Source: a virus
IMG/VR virus record: IMGVR_UViG_3300037322_000275
Location: 29,082 to 93,081 of that record
DNA length: 64,000 nucleotides
Strand: one strand, 5' to 3'
Below, in pieces: positions 59,182-64,000 of the stretch. Position 1 is the first letter of the stretch. Each line of letters opens with the position of its first letter. Made by a program: the position numbers and the translations under genes. The notes beneath the pieces are model-generated. The model was given only the letters and a program-made list of their open reading frames with translations, searched no databases and was not told the origin of the DNA.

Positions 59182-60189
59182 ATGTTTGGACCAAATCAGG
59201 TAGGCGAACTTATGGTAGGTAATGCATCAGCAAGTCAAACGACTGTACCTACTTTTAGAGCATCCGCTACAGATAAACAATTAAAAGTTCTCTCTAAAGA
59301 TGGAACAGTTGCTACATTAGGTAAACCTTTTTATGTACTTCAAAAAGCAACAGGTATTCCTGGTGGTATTGAATTCTCAGATAAAATTGACCCTCGATCT
59401 ATCGACAGAATAACCGTTAAAGCTTATGCTCCTGAAATTTTTGGAGCTGTAAAAGTAGATGGTTTTGCTACGGCAGGCGCTATTGCACCAAAGAGAACTT
59501 ACGAAGTTGAAATTCGTGTAGAAAATCAATTGTCTGTAGAAAATTTTGAAATTCTTCAAGGTTACTATGTTACAGGTGAAGTTATTGGTTCTGATACTGC
59601 CACTACAGTTAGAGATGGCTTATTGTTATCATTAAACAAAAACCTTAAGCGAAGAGGTGACAAAGAATTTACTGCTGTTGCAGATGGTACAGGAATTTTA
59701 ATTACTGAAAAAGAACAAATAAACGTACCAGGTCGTATTGATGGACGTAAGCAATATTTTACAGTTAGAGGTAAAATTTTTGAAAACGTATCAACAAATG
59801 GTGCAGGTTCTAATCTTGGATTCTTAATAGCAACTCAAGTAGTTGTTCCTTTTCCAGGTAATGGTACAGGTAAGTATGCTACAAATTACGAATACTTTGT
59901 TAAAGGTATGAAATATGATGCAAACAGAGAATTTGGATATCCTGCAAATTTTGCAGATGTAACACCATATTATGCGTCTAAAGCAGGAATATATAATGTT
60001 GTTCAAATCAAATACTTTGCAACTCGTACAGAAACTTCTGTTGAAAGACAATATAAAGTTTTAACAATTATTGTAGAAAAAGGAACTAATACTTTAGCAA
60101 ACAACGCTTCAACAAACTCTATTCTTGCAGACATTAGAACTGCAGTTGGAACTTTAGCTGTAGTACCTGCTAATTTACCAGTAGTATAA
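59182..60189 (+). CDS. Putative auxiliary capsid protein
   Basis: 335 aa beta-rich; followed by a strong terminator; crAss synteny. Confidence 0.55.
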   Translation: MFGPNQVGELMVGNASASQTTVPTFRASATDKQLKVLSKDGTVATLGKPFYVLQKATGIPGGIEFSDKIDPRSIDRITVKAYAPEIFGAVKVDGFATAGAIAPKRTYEVEIRVENQLSVENFEILQGYYVTGEVIGSDTATTVRDGLLLSLNKNLKRRGDKEFTAVADGTGILITEKEQINVPGRIDGRKQYFTVRGKIFENVSTNGAGSNLGFLIATQVVVPFPGNGTGKYATNYEYFVKGMKYDANREFGYPANFADVTPYYASKAGIYNVVQIKYFATRTETSVERQYKVLTIIVEKGTNTLANNASTNSILADIRTAVGTLAVVPANLPVV

Positions 60190-60209
60190 TCAACAAATAA
60201 ATTAACCTA

Positions 60210-60247
60210 AAAGGAGTTAAGTGATATTCGCTCAACTCCTTTTTTTT
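60210..60247 (+). terminator. Intrinsic terminator
   Basis: AAGGAGTT...AACTCCTT + T-run. Confidence 0.85.
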
Positions 60248-60260
60248 ATCTTAAAACTAA

Positions 60261-60845
60261 ATGTCAATAATAATAAATAACTTTTCAATAATAAATGACG
60301 GACAATCTTTAGCTATAGATGTTGAAACAAACGTAGGGTTTAATATTTCACATATTAATTTATGGAAAATGGATAACTTTAAAGATTATTCTTTAGCTTA
60401 TAGTTTAGATTACAAACTAGAAGGAATAAATAACAAAGAAGTTTTTATAGTAACAAATGCTGAATTTGGGGTTAACGAATTTACAGATTTATATTTTATA
60501 GAAATAAACAGTACTTATGAAGAAGAACTAAATGTTGAATGTAGTTCTTGTCAAATTCCAGGACTAGGAATAACTTATAATTTAGGTAACTACTATCAAT
60601 GTTTGCTTTCTTACTTTCTAGAATCTAATATTGGTAATTGTACTAATTGTGGTAATGACTCAAGTATAAAAATAATAAACACAATTAATCTTTTACTTGA
60701 CATGGTTGAAAATGCAATTGAAATTGGTTATTATACACAAGCAATATTAATGATAAAGAAATTAAAAAAACTTTGTTTAATTAAAAATTGTAAAGGTTGT
60801 AAACCAATTAGCTGTAACTCTTGTAACAAATTTAAACAATACTAA
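60261..60845 (+). CDS. Putative tail hub / structural protein, Cys-rich
   Basis: CSSC, CTNC and terminal CKGC...CNSC; synteny. Confidence 0.5.
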   Translation: MSIIINNFSIINDGQSLAIDVETNVGFNISHINLWKMDNFKDYSLAYSLDYKLEGINNKEVFIVTNAEFGVNEFTDLYFIEINSTYEEELNVECSSCQIPGLGITYNLGNYYQCLLSYFLESNIGNCTNCGNDSSIKIINTINLLLDMVENAIEIGYYTQAILMIKKLKKLCLIKNCKGCKPISCNSCNKFKQY

Positions 60846-60846
60846 A

Positions 60847-61503
60847 ATGTTAGACATAAATAATAAAGTACATATATCTGTAATTATTAAATCTCTTGAA
60901 AACATTTATAATTATTCAAAAATATACGGTGTATTAAATCCTGAAGATCTAAACTACTTAAACATTATTTACAAACTATTGAATTCCTGTCATCTTGATT
61001 TAACAATTGAACAAATACAAAAGTTAACTGGTATATACGAAAATATAAAAAATGTTTCTAAATTTATATGTCCTGAATTAATTTATCCAAAACATATTCA
61101 AACTAAAACTAAATTTGTTCAAGCAGAATCTGAAGATTGTAATGAATTTACAGTATCAAACAAAATATTTTATTGGGAAGATACAAGACTTGGTGGCTTG
61201 TTTACAATATCAACACTTAGTGAAGAAATAGTAATTCAAAATTACTTTGTTAATAAATTATACAAAACTAAGGAATTATTTAACACAGGAGTAAATATTA
61301 ACTATTTATTAAATAGTAAAAGAATTTATGCTGTCTCTGAAAGTAATACATTAAACTATCAAATATTTGATGTTTCAAATAATTTAAATTTAACTTCATT
61401 TTTTGACTTTCAAATAATTCCACAATTAAATATGACATTAATAATGTCTAATAAAGATTATGCTCCTGAGCAAGTAACAATACGAATTAAAAAAACAAAT
61501 TAA
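60847..61503 (+). CDS. Putative tail structural protein
   Basis: 218 aa in structural operon. Confidence 0.5.
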   Translation: MLDINNKVHISVIIKSLENIYNYSKIYGVLNPEDLNYLNIIYKLLNSCHLDLTIEQIQKLTGIYENIKNVSKFICPELIYPKHIQTKTKFVQAESEDCNEFTVSNKIFYWEDTRLGGLFTISTLSEEIVIQNYFVNKLYKTKELFNTGVNINYLLNSKRIYAVSESNTLNYQIFDVSNNLNLTSFFDFQIIPQLNMTLIMSNKDYAPEQVTIRIKKTN

Positions 61504-61893
61504 ATGATACAATGTAATGAAATTACTCAAAAAGTAAATGAACTTCTTATTGCTTTTTCAAATTGTAAAAAAATAAACAATGATGATTTAATAACTCTTG
61601 TTGAATTAGTTGCCGCAGTTAACACTTGTGCAAATGGAGGACCTAGTTACAACAATGAAATTACAGAATTGTACGAGCCTATTGTTGAACAAACTGTTAC
61701 TTATTTTCCAAATTCTTTTCATAGTTATTCTATAATGGTGTTAGAAGGTGGGATTAAACAAACTATAAATTTATCAGAAATAACATATCCAACAGGAACT
61801 GTTTTAAATACTGAATTTACAAACTTAAATCAAACAACAGTTACATTTAAAATTGTAGCAGGAAGTAAAGTTGTTGTTAAATATTTAATATAA
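61504..61893 (+). CDS. Putative structural protein
   Basis: 129 aa in structural operon. Confidence 0.5.
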   Translation: MIQCNEITQKVNELLIAFSNCKKINNDDLITLVELVAAVNTCANGGPSYNNEITELYEPIVEQTVTYFPNSFHSYSIMVLEGGIKQTINLSEITYPTGTVLNTEFTNLNQTTVTFKIVAGSKVVVKYLI

Positions 61894-61903
61894 AGGAATT
61901 AAA

Positions 61904-62905
61904 ATGGCAAAAATAAATAATGTATTAAATGTATCTCAATCTAGTTTAAATCAAGATAATACAGAACTCTTTAAGCTTGTAAGTATTGTAGGAAATATTG
62001 GTAACGTTTCAAAAAATGCTGTCTTAAACACAATCAACAACGTTTCTGGTTATACAATCACAGAAATACAATCTCTTTGGTTTAGAGTTCAATATGTAAG
62101 TATTGTAGGTGGTGTTAAAATTCTAAGTTCTACTGAACTTTACAAAATAGCAAATAAAGGTAAAGGTGTATATGGTCTTGGTGGTATTCAATTTGAAAGT
62201 ACAGATATTGAAATTGTATCTTCAAATGAAGTTTCAGTAACAGATTATTTAATAAATCCTTTAGTTCAGCAAATTGAGATTTCTGATTTAGAAGGTTTAA
62301 CAATTTCGGAATATGTAAATGCGTTTGTTCCAACTTATATAATTCAATCTCAAGAAATTGCACCTATTTTATTTATAACTCCTGAAGGAAGTTATCTGTT
62401 TCTTAATATAGGAGGCATTTATGGATTGACTGCGTCACAAACAACAGAAAGTGATTTTCAATTAATACCTAATTTTTCAAATCCAAATCAAAACAACATT
62501 AATAGATATATTGAAGTAACTCTTAGTGAAATAGGAATTGAAGACTTTGATGATGAATTAATTACACAACAAGCGTTATATGATTACATTCTTGAAAATC
62601 CTATTAATATTCAAGATATTGAATTATACAAATGGAAAATCACAGAAAATCCAGCACCTGATTTATTAGGATTTGGAATTTACTTAACTCCGTTAAATGA
62701 TGTTTGTGATTATGCTTCACCTATTACAGTAATAATTACAACTTTATATCACAATGGTGTAGAACTTTACCCTGTTGTTGGTGACTCTATATTTGAAGAT
62801 CCAGCAGGTACAATACTTGCAAATCTTAACGCACCATATAGATTACAAAGTGGAACAAACAAACAAATATCTGCAGGTAAAATAGTACCAGGATTTTGTC
62901 TTTAA
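61904..62905 (+). CDS. Putative fibre-associated structural protein
   Basis: 333 aa with a weakly repeated NQ(D/N)N-started module. Confidence 0.5.
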   Translation: MAKINNVLNVSQSSLNQDNTELFKLVSIVGNIGNVSKNAVLNTINNVSGYTITEIQSLWFRVQYVSIVGGVKILSSTELYKIANKGKGVYGLGGIQFESTDIEIVSSNEVSVTDYLINPLVQQIEISDLEGLTISEYVNAFVPTYIIQSQEIAPILFITPEGSYLFLNIGGIYGLTASQTTESDFQLIPNFSNPNQNNINRYIEVTLSEIGIEDFDDELITQQALYDYILENPINIQDIELYKWKITENPAPDLLGFGIYLTPLNDVCDYASPITVIITTLYHNGVELYPVVGDSIFEDPAGTILANLNAPYRLQSGTNKQISAGKIVPGFCL

Positions 62906-62916
62906 AAAAAACAAAT

Positions 62917-64000
62917 ATGAAATATCAAATATGGGAACTTAAAGATTTTCAAAAGGGAAATACAAATGAAACAATTAAAGAAAACTTTGTATTACTTGTA
63001 AATGAAGCTAAACCTGATATTGAACTTCCTACACTTCAAAGCGTTCTAGACAATAATCACGACTTAATTGATGGAATAAACTCTCAAGGTAATAACGCTG
63101 GGCTTGGTAACACTGGATATGATATAAATGCATTTGGTTATCGCGCAGCAAAAGATAATTCAGGAGACGATGTAAATGCATTAGGGGATAGTTCAGCAAT
63201 AAATAATTCAGGGAGTAGAGTAAACGCAATAGGTAGTAGTTCTTCTAATAACAACACAGGTGATAGAGTCAATGCATTAGGTGGTAATTCTGCCAGTAAC
63301 AACACAGGGGATAATATAAATGCAATAGGTAATTATTCAGCATTTAATAACTCAGGGACTTCTGTAAATGCAATAGGTAACAGTTCAGCGCAGAATAACA
63401 CAGCATCTGATGTAAATGCAATAGGTAACGCTTCAGCATTTAATAACTCAGGAAATAATGTAAATGCTTTAGGTAACGCTTCAGCGCAAAATAACACTTT
63501 TAACAACGTTAATCTATTTGGTGATAATACACAAGCAGATGAAGATGGTCAAACAGTATTTGCTAAAACATTTGCAATTTTCGCAAGGTTATCCACATTA
63601 CTTTTAACAGAAACCAGAAAATACATATTACCAGATGAAAGCGGAACAATTGCTTTAGAATCCTACGTAGACGCAAACCAAAATGTAAAGTTATTAGGCA
63701 CAACTTTTTTTGCGGGAACAAAAAGCAATTTTAGCAACTTCGATTCTAATTTTTTTGGACAATTTGCTGGAAACGATGCAACAAATTCATCAGCAAGTAA
63801 TTTCTTTGGATCGTATGCTGGTAACGAAGCAACAGACGCAAACGATTCTAATTTCTTTGGGTCAAATGCTGGAAACAATGCAGCAAATGCGTCATATTCT
63901 AATTTCTTTGGAACTGGTGCTGGATCTGGAGCAACTAATGCAAGCAATTCTAATTTCTATGGGGCATATGCTGGAGATAATGCAACTAATGCATACAACT
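62917..64000 (+). CDS. Tail fibre / adhesin with YadA-head-like beta-roll repeats (3'-truncated, not in ORF track)
   Basis: Open from ATG 62917 to window end; ~16-aa VNA(I/L)GxxSAxNNxG repeats, then ~17-aa SNFFGxxAGxxATxA repeats. Confidence 0.8.
   Translation, partial: MKYQIWELKDFQKGNTNETIKENFVLLVNEAKPDIELPTLQSVLDNNHDLIDGINSQGNNAGLGNTGYDINAFGYRAAKDNSGDDVNALGDSSAINNSGSRVNAIGSSSSNNNTGDRVNALGGNSASNNTGDNINAIGNYSAFNNSGTSVNAIGNSSAQNNTASDVNAIGNASAFNNSGNNVNALGNASAQNNTFNNVNLFGDNTQADEDGQTVFAKTFAIFARLSTLLLTETRKYILPDESGTIALESYVDANQNVKLLGTTFFAGTKSNFSNFDSNFFGQFAGNDATNSSASNFFGSYAGNEATDANDSNFFGSNAGNNAANASYSNFFGTGAGSGATNASNSNFYGAYAGDNATNAYN

Noticed and set aside
5068-63947. Short antisense or nested ORFs in the track (e.g. 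5068-5316, 8496-8849, 22065-22379, 25897-26211, 27180-27476, 48387-48839, 54717-54998, 63663-63947)
   Set aside because: Shadows of well-supported genes or RNA elements, with no motifs or start context of their own
1-64000. Stop-codon reassignment as in some Crassvirales
   Set aside because: Structural and replication genes are intact under the standard code, and TAG and TGA end genes normally
1-64000. CRISPR array, integrase, reverse transcriptase/DGR, introns or inteins
   Set aside because: No repeat-spacer array or diagnostic motifs seen; TerL, PolB, NrdJ and MCP are uninterrupted

Overview
This is a very AT-rich segment of a crAss-like phage (Crassvirales) genome read in the standard genetic code. 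The host is almost certainly Bacteroidota, probably Flavobacteriaceae: promoters carry the TAnnTT(T)G -7 element and translation starts are A-rich without a Shine-Dalgarno. Layout: (1) end of a giant virion cargo protein with a zincin domain (+, 1-5632). (2) Minus-strand nucleotide metabolism and replication block (5.7-36 kb): ThyA, class II RNR, SF2 helicase, PD-(D/E)XK nuclease, resolvase, degenerate UDG, primase, SSB, AAA ATPase, DnaB, PolB. (3) Embedded in that block, a ~9.2 kb amide-ligase/gamma-glutamyl gene cluster: two COOH-NH2 ligases, an ATP-grasp ligase, a class II GATase with a hydrophobic propeptide, two C26 class I GATases, a PRTase-like protein and two GGCTs. (4) Small early-type genes and structured non-coding elements (36-42.3 kb). 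(5) After a strand switch near 42.3 kb, a plus-strand late block: HNH, PhoH, HU/IHF-like, GroES, GroEL, terminase, portal, major capsid and tail genes. The most notable observations are the expanded ligase cluster; a dispersed four-member paralog family of unknown function; a 12-bp box exactly 71 bp upstream of the -7 element at three late promoters; three tRNA-like elements without canonical anticodon arms, one followed by a hairpin displaying an anti-start-codon loop; and a ~270-nt structured leader RNA. All family assignments come from motif recognition by eye; no searches were run.
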